From the NCBI GenBank assembly GCA_965228855.1, contig CBDDIJ010000003.1:2784001-2848000 (forward strand): a stretch of 64,000 bases of DNA, given 5' to 3'. The notes under the pieces were generated by a model. It ran no database searches and was not told where the DNA came from. It saw nothing but the letters and a program-made list of their open reading frames with translations. Shown here piece after piece: positions 40,026-52,600 of the stretch. Made by a program: the position numbers and the translations under genes. How positions within the stretch are numbered: position 1 is the first letter of the stretch; each line of letters opens with the position of its first letter. Source of the DNA: Candidatus Obscuribacterales bacterium. Lineage in GTDB: Bacteria; Cyanobacteriota; Vampirovibrionia; Obscuribacterales; Obscuribacteraceae.

Positions 40026-41054
40026 TTGAGTAATTGTTCTAGCCCAATTTTGAGGAACAAGGAGTTTATCGAAACAGAGATTCACCAGCCTGAACCTGGG
40101 CAGCGATTCTATCGTCATGAAGATATTGCGGGATTTGCAATCAGAGCGACGCGCAAGTCGAAAGCCTATATCCTTGAAAAACGTGTAGGCGGCTCGACCA
40201 GAAGAATGACAATTGGAAAGTGCAGCGAAATGTCGCTAGAGTCGGCACGAAAGCAGGCTTGCATAATGCTGGGAGAGATCGAAAATGGCAACGATCCACG
40301 AACCGGCAAACGCATCAACACGCTGAGCGATATCACGCTGAGAGAAGTGCTCCAAAAGTTTTTGGAGATCAAACCAATTCGACAGGCTACAAAACAGAAC
40401 TATGTTTCGGCGATCAATTGTCATTTCCAAGACTGGCTCGACAAGCCAATAACATCGCTCACCAAAGACATGGTGGAACAACGTCATCAGGATCTCACCA
40501 TCGCACCTAACCGATTGGGACAATTGAATTGGAGTTTTGTAGATTTCGAGAATAAAATCCTGAACGTTCCTCGTGAACTTACAAAGTGTGATCGCGAGCA
40601 TCGACTGCCGCTCAGCGATTTTCTGCTCGGGCTGCTGAAGAGGCGTTATATGTTTGCGAACAATTCCCAATGGGTCTTTCCATCGGTACGAAACAGCTAC
40701 AACTGCATCAGCTCTGGCTCCGGGCTTGTGCGCAGAGTGCGAGCAAAGAGCGGCATTAAATTCTCGATGCACGATCTACGCCGAACGTTTCTGACGATGG
40801 GCGAGAAGTTAGAAGTGCCACCATATGTTTTGAAGAAACTGGTCAACCACAGCGTAAATGACATAACGGGGCGATACCTTGTTCTGGACATTGAACGTCT
40901 GCGACAACACATGTCATTGATCACCGACGGATTTCTCAAACTTCTTAATGTCCAGGACGGTGAAGTGATCGATTGCCACCTTCAAGGCGAATGCGACTTT
41001 GCGGAGGTTACCCAGCTTCGCATCACGTTCGAGGATGATCTTCTCCCAGTGTAG
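40026..41054 (+). pseudogene. Tyrosine integrase (arm-binding N-terminus) with an apparent in-frame internal deletion
   Basis: Arm-binding N-terminus (GFAIRAT..SKAYIL..RRMTIG..SLESARKQA) and C-terminal HDLRRTF, NHS and Tyr are present, but the box I TGxR catalytic Arg region is absent (APNRLG joins directly to QLNWSFVD). Confidence 0.7.
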
Positions 41055-41419
41055 GCAGAAAATGCGCATACAAAACTTCTACAGCCTCAACCTCGATGTG
41101 CACGCTCAGCTTCCGGCTTCACCAAATATGGTGGCAGTCGGATCTACAAATCGACTACACAGCGGTGCCGAATACGGTGGCGCCGTTATTGTCTTAGTTC
41201 TAATACTATTATCAACACTAAATCCGGACAGAAATGATTTTGTCCAGCATGTGCGGCCGGTCACGACAGCGCAACTTCGCTAGTTTTAAGCACTCGTTCA
41301 GATAAATTGCCATGGCCCACCGCTGCTTTGGAGTCACGTTGCAGTCACTTGGGGTCTATATTAAGAGCGTTCAGACAATATCTCACGGGAAGCAAAATTA
41401 CCGAACGCTTATCCACTTT

Positions 41420-41752
41420 TCAATGAAAGTGGCTCATGCTGACATAAGTCACCTTCTCATTACAAAGATAAACTCTTGCATCCTGGTAGAACCAAATCTG
41501 ATCAGTCTTGGGTGCACCTATGAGGCTACTGTCGATTGGAAGTGTTTCTTGCGGAGGCCCAAGAAGTGCCCTGACCTGTTGGGCAGGACTGCCGGTTGGA
41601 ACCAATATGTGAATCGCATGGCAAGCACTACAGCCGTAGTCGAAGTTGCAGGAAGGCACCAAACTTAGTACCACGCCAAGCCAAAATAGTCGATGAGCCC
41701 AGGCTATGCCGACCACAAAAGCGGACATCAATAGAATTAAATGAATCCGCAT
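41420..41752 (-). CDS. Hypothetical small membrane-anchored protein (SmpA/OmlA-like motif)
   Basis: Hydrophobic N-terminus; QVRALLGPP...WFY pattern. Confidence 0.45.
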   Translation of the reverse strand: MRIHLILLMSAFVVGIAWAHRLFWLGVVLSLVPSCNFDYGCSACHAIHILVPTGSPAQQVRALLGPPQETLPIDSSLIGAPKTDQIWFYQDARVYLCNEKVTYVSMSHFH

Positions 41753-42179
41753 CCCTATCTCGCTTCGGCGCCGTCACGCATTACTTAGAATCTTATATCT
41801 TCGTAGACTTGGATACAATCGTAAAATCACCGGTGATTACGAGAGAACTGATGCGACGCCCTGGTCGCATATCTTGCCGCTGCGCGATAGTCCGCGAAAA
41901 GGCGTCCAAAGTGCACCGAATATGGTGTAAGCATTCCGACACCAGAGTGGTAATGCTGACGGGCACTTAAAGTCGAAAACGAAAAAGGCTCTTAATGATC
42001 TAACAGCAAAGTGGAATAATCAAATTGTCTCACAGACACAAAGAGGAGCATAAGGGTTGGAACACTGAGCCGCCAGTCGCCACGAAAGAGATCGGTTCTC
42101 TGACGTTGTTCGATCCAACCTCGCGAAATCTCAATGCTGCTCACCAATTCTATGTTCTGAACTTGTGCCAGCTGGAGTG

Positions 42180-42731
42180 TCACGATACCAATAATGGTCG
42201 TACAGGAATTACGGCGGAATTTTCTACTTTCAGTGGACCGGCCAGAAGATTGTACCGGTAACCTTGCTCGAGGTGTTCGAGGTTGAGACCGAAGAGTCCT
42301 GGCAGGGAAAGGCTCTCGAACTTACTTGCCAATTCGGTAAAACGCCCGTCCTCTCGATATAACGAACAATCGCTTCCAACGAGTAAAGCACCTCGCTCGT
42401 AGAGCCAATCTATGACGGCAGGGTCGAGCGAAAATGCTCCCGCCGCTGTTCTTGTTCTGACGAGAAAGCGAGGTGGCATCTCGACATCAGCTTGATAGCG
42501 AGTGCGCAGAATCGTCATCTCCGCCTCGAGCTCGCCAACGCAAGATTTGACTGCACTCAATTCGATTGAATCGGATTCGGATGCAGGAGTAAGTACGGCG
42601 CACAGACCGAAGTATGAAGTCAAATCAGAAGAGGGAACGAATGCAACGGTATCGGTGGCTCTCTCGAGAGTTTCCTCCCCTGAGCCCGGTTTAGACGTTG
42701 CCAGGTCCCATACGAAATCGAATCTGAACAC
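42180..42731 (-). CDS. Cyclase/kynurenine formamidase-fold protein, degenerate
   Basis: YFGLCAVL, LDPAVIDWLYERGALLVGSD, NLEHL..GYRYNLLAGPLKV..SAVIPVR; no HxGTHxD metal-binding motif. Confidence 0.65.
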   Translation of the reverse strand: MFRFDFVWDLATSKPGSGEETLERATDTVAFVPSSDLTSYFGLCAVLTPASESDSIELSAVKSCVGELEAEMTILRTRYQADVEMPPRFLVRTRTAAGAFSLDPAVIDWLYERGALLVGSDCSLYREDGRFTELASKFESLSLPGLFGLNLEHLEQGYRYNLLAGPLKVENSAVIPVRPLLVS

Positions 42732-42737
42732 TCGTTT

Positions 42738-43367
42738 CTACTCCTCCACCAGTGCGAGCGTAGCTCGGCAAGGCAAAACTCCCTCGACATCTTTGAGCAC
42801 AGGGAGGGCCGTCAAGAAATATGGTCTATTCGGCACGACTCCCTGTAGGTCCAGATTGACCAACCATGCCACCTGATTCTCATCCAACAAAGCTTCCATG
42901 AGGCGGTTATCCGATGCAGCAACTTGCGAAGACTCCAACCCGATTAGCTCGAGCCCGAAGGTGCTCAGATAGAGAATTGCATCGGCGCTCAGCGAGACTT
43001 GGCGCCCTTTTTCTCCACTACTTCGCAGCAGCAGCGCCGGCGGCATCATCAATTGTGCCCCAGCTGCCTGAATCTCCTCAGCCCAGGTGCTGACTAGTTT
43101 TTGCAGCATAGGACCGGTTAGCTCATCGGCATCAGGTACCTCGAGCAAGACGGTCAATCCGAAGTATTCTCGCAAGTAGAGCGAAGCACAGTCAGGACTC
43201 TTCTCCGCGTCGACCACTTCATCGGGTTCCAAACCATGACCTTCTTTTCGAGAAAGTCGCTTGTAAGTGGTGACCGTACAGGGATACGGCGCAACTAGCT
43301 CAGATGGTTTCAACTGAAGCGAAACAGGAAGCGTCAGGTCGATAATCTGCGAAAAGTCAATCCGCAT
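42738..43367 (-). CDS. Cyclase/kynurenine formamidase-fold protein, degenerate (paralog of downstream gene)
   Basis: IIDLTLPV, YFGLTVLLEV, LSADAILYL..LIGLES, NLDLQGV..YFLTALPV..LPCRA; no HxGTHxD motif; start 43367 (alternative 43412). Confidence 0.65.
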   Translation of the reverse strand: MRIDFSQIIDLTLPVSLQLKPSELVAPYPCTVTTYKRLSRKEGHGLEPDEVVDAEKSPDCASLYLREYFGLTVLLEVPDADELTGPMLQKLVSTWAEEIQAAGAQLMMPPALLLRSSGEKGRQVSLSADAILYLSTFGLELIGLESSQVAASDNRLMEALLDENQVAWLVNLDLQGVVPNRPYFLTALPVLKDVEGVLPCRATLALVEE

Positions 43368-43651
43368 CGGATGTCGTTGCACTCCGCATAACACAGACTC
43401 CAAGCCTATCACAGTCTGGGCTGGTTTCTAGAACTCGAAAAAGCTATCAGACGAGGTCCCGGAGATCGGAGAGCCGATATCCTGTCTGACAGGATTTAAT
43501 GTGTCCGGAACTTTTTATCTTTGCTTGTGATACTGAGAATACGACAAAGTATTAAACGCGCGAAACCTGACCCCTCGCGACTTTGAATTTTGAAGCTCAT
43601 CTCCAAAAGCTCTCAATGTGCTCTGCAGACCATATTTAAACTGAAGTGTAT

Positions 43652-46600
43652 ATGTTTACTATGGGAACAACGAACTCGGCTACGTTGTGTTGGTTGTCTA
43701 AAACTTTGTCAGAGAATCGCAAACAACCCATAGACCAGACCTCGGATAACGATAACGAGGATGACTCCAGCGTCGACGAGGCGCTGTCAGCTTCTGCAGA
43801 AAGAGATCATGAGCCTGCCAGCTCGACGACTAGCGACAAGAGCGACAGAGCAACCGACGCTTCCGAAGATACGCAAGAGTCCCAACAAGAGACCCAAGAA
43901 GACGCCCTCGACAGCACCAATGAGTCTAGCGAAGGTGGAGATGTTATCAGTGATGGACTGCGCGAGGAACAGAAAGCCAACCTGGCAGAAGCGAAGCAAC
44001 TTCTAGAGACCCATGGTCTTAAGTTGAGAAAGGAAGACGTCCCGGATATCGCGATAGAGAACGGTCATGGTTTTACTCGAAAGTCTCACCAACACGAACA
44101 GCTTGGCAAAGTTTCCAGAACGACTCTCGATGACGGAACACTCGAAACAGCCTTTGAGAGACATCCGGATTTTCGCGCCCTTTCGTTCAAACCTGGTGAG
44201 GCGCCGACAGCCAAGTTAAGACAAGATCTGGCAGATTTCCCTGAAACAAGAGCGGCTCTGGAAGTCGGAGAGCCGACAACCTTCAAACCCGGCGCCCCCA
44301 GCAACAGCAAAGAACTCGAGGGGTTCTTTCAGAAGCATCCCGAGTACAAATCACTGACACTGACAAGAGGGCACAACGCTAGCGCCGACCTTCCGCCCAC
44401 GGCAGAGTTGGATAGAGGATTCACAGGTCCTGCCATCATGGGCGGTACTGACGCCAACGGTCAGAAGTGGCTGCTACTAGCCAATGGGGCTGCGGAAAAG
44501 TTCATACAGGGCTCGGAAAAGGGCGAGCAAAGTATCGTGCTCTTTCATCCCGAAGATCCAGAAGGGCGCATGGCACAGGTCCGGTACCAGGATCATGCCG
44601 AGACCTTCTATTCGAACGGTCGAAAAGTAAAGTCCTCCGATTACAAATCGACCGGCGAAGAGGCGGCTCCAGTGGTATCGGACACCCGGGCTCCAGCAGG
44701 TCAGGTAGCTCCAGGAGGAGGAGGCGAGGGAGTAGTGGCAACTCCGCTAGCCACGCCTGTTGTCACCGAAAGCGATACCACACAGAAAGAAACAATTCCA
44801 CCGGCAGACGGACAGACACAGCTACCTGAGCTTGAGAAAGTCTCCGCTGAGATCCCAGAAGAAGTTGCTGTCGAAGTTCAACCCGAGATCGGAAAACCAG
44901 TCATTAGCGACGGCGCCGATACACAGAGACCTGATTCCGACAGCAACGAGAACTATAGCTCCGGAGCCGAAGGTAGCGACAGCAACGGTACCTTCATCAC
45001 GGAACGGTTCCAGGGTCCCGAAGACACGGGTTCAGCATTCGACAACTCCGTCGCCGAGCGTAACAAATTCCAGCAAGAACAGCAGCGACTCATCGAGCAG
45101 GAGAAAGAAAAATTTCTGGATCTTCACGCGTCGGGCGAGGAGAGACAAGAAGCCATCGCCGCACTGGAAACGCTTCTGACGAGCCAGTCGGACGAGAGCC
45201 GCACTGCCATGCAGAAAACGATAGACTTCTACAAAACAGCCGATGCTGTTCTGAGTCTCGGAAAAGCTACTGCGGGACACAGGTTCGAAACAGTAAGAAC
45301 TCAACTGCTGAGTCCATCCACATCCGACAGCGCCATCGTCGCGATTTCCAATATAGCCAACGGCAGCAACGGAGATCAGCAAGAGACCGCCAGAGCAAGA
45401 GAAATGCTCATGGACTTCGCCAAAAGAAATCCGGCGACCGCCGACAAAGTCATCGATGCACTTCTGGCATCGAGAACGGAAGGCGACAAATTCGGATCGC
45501 TTACTTTGGCTACGGAGATTGCAGCCGAGACCGGGAGGTCGACTACAACTCTCAAAACTGCGCTCTACGATGGCTTGAAGAGCGAGTCCGCTTCCGAGAA
45601 AAATAGCGCCTTCTTAAACATGGTCAGACTTTCCGGTAGCTGGTCGAAAGAAGATGCTCAAGCAGTCGCCTCCTCACTGACCCCGGGAGAGGCTAGAGAA
45701 ATTCTTGCTGTAGCACCGGATACGATTAGTGCCCATCGTGATGCCATGGCGCCGATCCTTGCCGAGAAGTTGGGCCGTGAATGGTCCGAATCAGACGCGG
45801 GACGCGTTGCTGCTCTGCTTTCGGAAGACGTAATTCAGGCCATAGATAGAGCTTCGCCCTCGGCAATCGACCGCGTCGCTGACCATATCCACAACAACCT
45901 GGTAGCCAACCGCACTCCGGCAGATCTGGAAGCGGGAGCTAAGCAGGCGCTGGAGAGACTGAGTGCGCTCAAGACACAGGACTCGCCGGATGAGCGTGAA
46001 GTGGAAGTTCTTGCAGCCGCGGTTCAAAGATATACGGACGCAGTGGCTGACCAGGCGAGGGGAAGGGTCAACGACCCCACGAAAGCGAAAGCGGCTAACG
46101 AAGCGCTGGAGCGCCTTGGACTGCAAAGCGATACCGGCCGCGAATTCGTCATAGACAGTATCGTCGCACACCAACCGCCTCGCAGCAAACAATTCGACAC
46201 GTTAGGAACGTTAGGCAAACTCATTGCCGCTTCCGACAATGTACCATCAAAATCCAGAGAACTCTATGCTAGCGTCCTGGCTGATGGGAACCCGATACAA
46301 CAGAGAGCTGCTATCGACAGCATGAAGTTGTTTGCAGACAAGTGGACATCCGAAGATGCAGAGATTCTGAGAGACAACCTTTCTTTCGAAGCGATCCACA
46401 GGCTCGTCTTGACGAAGCCGAACGTCATGGACAAGCAGATTGGCGATACGACTTTGAGAAAGTTCCTTGTAGAGGGACTCAAAGAGAAAGTGTCCAGCCC
46501 CGATGCGAAAACCAGAGAGACAGCGGTAACAGCGCTCGGAGTAGTGGGTGGAAAACACGCACTGAAAGATGCAGGTCTGGAAGTCTCTTCCTATAGCACT

Positions 46601-49600
46601 GACGGTGACAGCAATAGATACAGACTCTACGATCCCAAAGGAACCTACTATAGGTTCCAAGAATTCAAGGACCGCGATGGTGTTCTGCTCGAACAAATCT
46701 ACAGAGGAAATGAAGCGGAGCTGTTCGTGGATTGGAAACGAGGTCCAGGTGGTTCGGTAGAACTCAGCGCCGTTCGAGACACCGTAAGAAAACCTCCATT
46801 CGGAGCACAGTTCGGATACGACGGCAATTACGACTTCAGTTACGAGGGCGGATACAAGAACGGAATCCGCTCGCTGAACGAGAAGGAAGCCGAGGCATTC
46901 AAAGCTCAGTACGACGAGCTGAGGCACAATGGCGACTTCTACACCCTCGGTCAGAACGATGGTTTTCACGAGCTTCCCGCTCCGGTCGAAGACTTTTCTC
47001 CTCCTGCGGCAGACACCGCAGGCGATATCACAGCGCCGGAACGCGGAATCGATACGAAGGCGGAAGAAGCAGTCGAAATACTAGATAAGCTGAAGCAAAT
47101 GGCTATCGGGCCACCGCCGAATACCCAAGCGCAAGACCAGCTTATCAGCATTGGAGGGGTTACCGGTCCACAAAACCGCGACAGATTACTGGCTCGAAAC
47201 ATAGAGGCTGTCGATGGACTCATCGCGCAGCTCAAACGCCAGGATTCGCCTTCCAGATTCGCGGCGATGCGACGTTTGGAGAGTGCGCTGAAACCATCTG
47301 AGGGTCAAGAGTCCGTTGCAGAGCAGCTCCAAGATGCTCGTATCGAACAACTGATGAACGGAGTCGGTCCAGAATCATCGGCCGAAGAGTTGGTTAGACT
47401 ACAAACCCGACTAGTGGAGCAACTAGAACTCGCCCGCGAAAGTAACGATCAGAAAACCGCAGTCAAGCTGCACGACAAAATGTTATGGGTAGGAACAGCC
47501 CACGCTATCGCGCAGCTTAACGAGCTAGATCCAGCATCAACAGATACGCCGGCTCGATCACGAGAGCTTGTAAACAAGCTATTCGTGGAAGCCCAAAAGG
47601 GCAATAAACATGCTCAGACAGCGATGGCTCTCTTAGCACGCGATGGACAATCCGATACGCAAGAGAAGATTCAGGCGCTTGCTTCAGGAGACGGGCAAGT
47701 AGGACTTGCCACTCCTGACCTCAAGAATCTATCGCCGGATCAGCGTCTGGCGATATCCAAGATTGCGACGAATCTTATTCAGCGAAAAGTAAGAGCCACC
47801 GGTGGTGATATCACAGAGGCGGAGGTCCTTGCTGTCACCAGCGCATACAATGAAGCCAACGTCAGAGGAGATAGTGATACCGCCAGGTCCATGCTGGATA
47901 CCCTGGATCTAGCATTATCGCGAGATGTAAAAGAGTCGGGAGAAGGTAGGACCGATAGGCAAATTACAGTCGAAGCTATAAGCGAGTTACTGAAGACGAG
48001 CATCGGCAACGATCAACAGCTCCGCGATCGATACCTGACTTTCGCAGACAGCGCCCAACTCAACAATGACCTTCCCGCACTACGAGAACGATCCGCCACC
48101 GGAGATGAAGCAGCGATGTATCTCATGGCGGGCATCGCGTCGAGCGACAAGGGTGATGCTTCGAGCACCGCCAGCGGTGAGTTGCTCGACTTGGCCCAAA
48201 ATGAGAGCCTTCGTGAACTGGCAATGAAAGCTGCAATCGATGCGAAAAACGCTGAGACGGGAGACAGGGGCGACGCCACCGATCTATTCAGAGCCATGGC
48301 GGAACAAGGAACTGTTCCTGAGTCGGTAAAAACATTGCTTCACTGGAAGCTAGGCTCATCGGACCCGTCGGACAGAACACAGGGCGCGAGAGCACTGGTG
48401 TCTATCGCAGATCGATGGACCGAGCAGGACGTCGCCCAGATAAAAGACAATATGAGTCAGGAGCTGGCGCAAGCTGCTGCGGAACTACCTGACGGCGTAG
48501 ACGAAAAGCATGTCGCTTCTATTCGAGAAGGACTGGCAACAACGCTGAAGAACGAATCCAGTGAGGCATCGGCGAAGGAAGTAGCAGTCCAGGCACTCGC
48601 TAACCTCGAAGGTGAAGCACTTCTGCTCGACGCAACGAAACAAGAAGCACTGGGTCTCAAAGCGGAGAAAGATGGCGACAAAACGACTCTGATCGACTCG
48701 AACGGCACCAGATACAAATTCTCAAGGACCGGAGATGGTTCAGTTCGTCTTGATAGATTGGAGCGCTCGGACAAGAGCTACCGTGAAAACAAATACAACG
48801 AAAACGGTGATTTCATCGGAGCGGAAGAGGTCACGGAAAGTGGCGGCAAGCTGAAAATCGACGGTGACAATAGAGGTGTCGAAGTTCGCAAGCCGAACGG
48901 AGAGTTCATCAAGATACAATCCGGAACTGACGGGAAGCCATCAGGCGTAGTCGATAGCAACGGCAACGGATGGTTCTCGAAAGATGGTGGCACCTCGTGG
49001 ACTAGAAGAGGCACGGGAGAAAAAGCATTCGGAGAACCGCTTCTCTCTCCCGATGGATCACTCCGTTTCCACAGCGGAGAGCATCAACTCGATGTATTGC
49101 AAAAAACAGATGGCACCATAGAGAGTGTCGACCATAAACGTCATGAGACGACTGCAATCGGTCCAGATGGTTTCTCCATCACACGCAACGATGCAGGAAA
49201 AGTCGTCCGGACGAGAGACGCTGATGGAAATGAAAACCTCTACAGCTGGTCCCGAGATAACAAGACCCTGCTGGGCGTCATGGACAAGACCGGAATGTGG
49301 AAGAGCGATGATGGAATTCGCTGGAACCATCTCGGAGCTCCGGGTGAGACCACGACCGGAACTCGATCTGTGGATGAAAGCGGTCGATATCACGTCTTCG
49401 AAAACGGTCCTCAAGGCAGGAAAGAGACTATTACGGGGTTGGACGGTTCGAAGACCGTCAACCGTCCAGATGGTAGTAGCGAAATTTACAATCGGAGAGG
49501 AGAGAAGTTCACTGTCCGCCACGAAGGGTCTCCATCTCATCTCGCTGAAGTCGATGATCCAAGCGGGCTGAAGTGGAAATCTGCTGATGGCAAAACGTTC

Positions 49601-52600
49601 ACATTGATGGATGGCGATGAGCCGTCGGACGTCACAGCGACTATCGAGCTACAGCCCGACGGCACCTTGAAGAGAACCATTTCGAAAGAGAGTAGAGAAT
49701 CTGCTGCGGAAAGAGGACTGGCAGTCGACGTAGTCTCGAAACCCGATGGAATCAGTATCTCTAGAGACTCGCAGGGACGAATCACGGAGATGACCGGAGT
49801 CGGTGGCGAGAAATCGACGATCACCTACGATGAAAGCGACCCTCAAAAGATCAAGCGCCTCAAGACCGTGCACCCGGACGGTCGGGTCGAAGAGATACAG
49901 CAGACATCGGACGGCAAGTGGAGACAGCTGTTCAAAGATTCGGTCACTTCAGCCCCGCACGATGCGACCAGGGAGCACATTCAAGCCGACAGGATAACAT
50001 TCGATCAGAGCACCGGCGAGCTCACATTCCTCTCCAATGGTGCATCGAAAGTCGAAGTCTCGAGAGACGTCACAGGTCACCGGTACAACTTGCCCTGGAC
50101 TTCTCAGACGACGGAAGCTCAGAAGCACAACTACGACAAGCTGGTCAGAACCCTGGATAGAGGTATACGGGGTTATAGAGATGTGGGTGAAAGTCTTCGA
50201 CTAGAAGACACGTGGTCAGGCGACGGGAGTAGAGAATCGGTCCAGTGGAGTACGACTGGTGACGTATCGAGCGAGCGTACCGTCCACAACCTCGACGGAT
50301 CTGTGGCCAAGATAGACGCTCTAGGCAGAGTTACCGGTGTCTCCGGTCTTGCCAACGACGCATCGATCGATATCAAATACGGTGACAACGGTGAAGTAAC
50401 TCTAAGGGACTCATCAGGACAGCTCTGGGAATCGAAGGATGGTCGTGTATTCCACAATCCCGAGACCAACGTTACTCTCAGATGCGAGCTGTTCGTAGGG
50501 AAAGACGGCAAGTTCGGATTCGATCTCAACGGCGGAGCCAGGATGACACGAGATGTCTCTAGCCGAGAGACTATTTTCTCACCGCCCGAGATGTTCCGAC
50601 AGCCGAGACTGAGTCCACCGGAAGCTCAGGTTGCCGGCGTCGTTCTGAAAGACTCGGGAGAGCGCCTCGAACTGGACGGAAATGGTCTGGTTATAGCCAC
50701 CCAGACGAACAACGGCCGACGGATCATTGCCACTAGAGACGGTGCCGGTAATCTGACATCGGCAAAGGTTATGGTCGGAGATCAGGTAGCTAGAACCTAT
50801 ACGAACACGAATGGACAGTGGAGTCTCGACGGTACTCCGATGAGAAAAGGCGCGCAAGCCAGCCTTGATCGTAACGGTGACTTCTTCGTCTTCGAAGACG
50901 ACATCGATAGAAAACCAGATTTCGTGCAACGGCTGGATGGAACCCGAATCGAGAAGTCGGAATCGTTCGACATTCCGAACGGCTCGAAATACGTCGTAGA
51001 AAGTCCGAGTGGAGAGATATCAGAGTTCCACTTCAGAAGAGGAGGAGCCGAACCTGTCCTCATCATGGAAGGTGGAAGAGTTCAGCAAGATGGAACGATT
51101 CAGTTCCCCACAAAGATAATAAAGCTGCCCAATTCCAACAATACCTACTCCGTAATCAAGAGTGACCGCGATGGTGCTCAACCAGCAGGCAAGACCTGGA
51201 CAGGCGAGATTCGTTTCGACGCCTATACTGGATCGACCTATTCATCAGGTAAATATCCTGATTCCTCCGCGAAGACGGAGGTGCGAACTTCAGACGGATG
51301 GACGTTCGATCCTGCGTCCAGTGACAAGACCCAGAGAAAATTAGAGCCGAACGGCGCACTCTTGTTCCGCAAACCGACCGGAGAGCTCTATGAAGCCAGT
51401 CGACCAGACGGAGTCCATCTGTCGGCAGAGCGGAATTCGATCGGTATGGTCGACACAGTCACATTCAGGAATGACTTGGCTAAGACGAGCGAGCAATACA
51501 AAACATCCGACGGTAAACACTGGACAAGAACAGTAACCGATGGAACAGGCAAAGCTGTTACGGACGAGTTCGAAGGGAGCGTCTCGGTCTCCCGAGATGG
51601 TGACGTAACAATTCGGAAGGCAGATGGAAGCCTGGAGCGCAGATTAGCATCAGGCGCTGACATAAAATTCGACGCCACCACAGGCGAAGCCACCGTTGAC
51701 AGACCAAGTGAAGTCAAAGTCGGGGATCAATCTTACGGTAAGACTCTGCACATCGGCGGCTTCGGGGCGAACGGACAACCTAACAAGATCTTCAATGGAG
51801 ACGGAACGTACTCGGCTACGTCAGATGGCGTTAGCTGGAGAAAGTACGATGGTCAGGGAAGTCCGATAGGCGAACCATTCAAGCAGACCGTCGAGTTCAA
51901 CCTGGAGACGGGAAATCTCAAAGTCACGAAGATGGATGGCTCGAACCCTCCCAGACCGGTGAGAGTAGAGAGCATCAACGGAGACGGCACCCATAGGATT
52001 TTGGAAAACGTAGGTCTGGGTGATCAACTAGACTTGCGCGTGACGAGCGAGTCCAATGAATACGGAGAAGTAATCACTCACAAGTACGAGGGTGGTGCGA
52101 AAAAGGGCACGCATGTTGAGAACAAAGATGGAACGTACAAGGACTTTATTGTCTACAAATCTCAGGGACGGGAGCAGATGCTGCTGTCTGGCTTCAAGGA
52201 CTCCTACGGACGGCAGACCGAGATAAATTGGATAACTCAGAATGGTAGACCGACAGTCGCATCATATACAGATGAATATGGCGACAAATGGCAGCTTTAC
52301 AATGACAACAAATACCGAAGACAGACGGACAAAGGTCCCCCGGGTCCAAAAGTTCACGGTGGAAAAGTCTTCGTAAACCGCGAAGGTCAGCTCGAGATGA
52401 TGATGAAAACCAGCTCGAACCTGACGGCACTCGATGGCGATAACACAACGGTCAATGTCCGTATCGCACGTGGTATCGAAGGCCATATCATCACGCAATT
52501 CCAAGAGCATGGCGGTATCACTGTCAAGGGTCGCGAGAATGTTGTCGAACGAACCATCAGGGCTGACGGAGCTGTCCACCAGTTCAGCTACAGCAGAGAG

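Noticed and set aside
43447..43535. Imperfect hairpin and GGAACTT motif upstream of the giant gene as a riboswitch or ECF promoter
   Set aside because: No match to a riboswitch I can recognise and no convincing -10 element.
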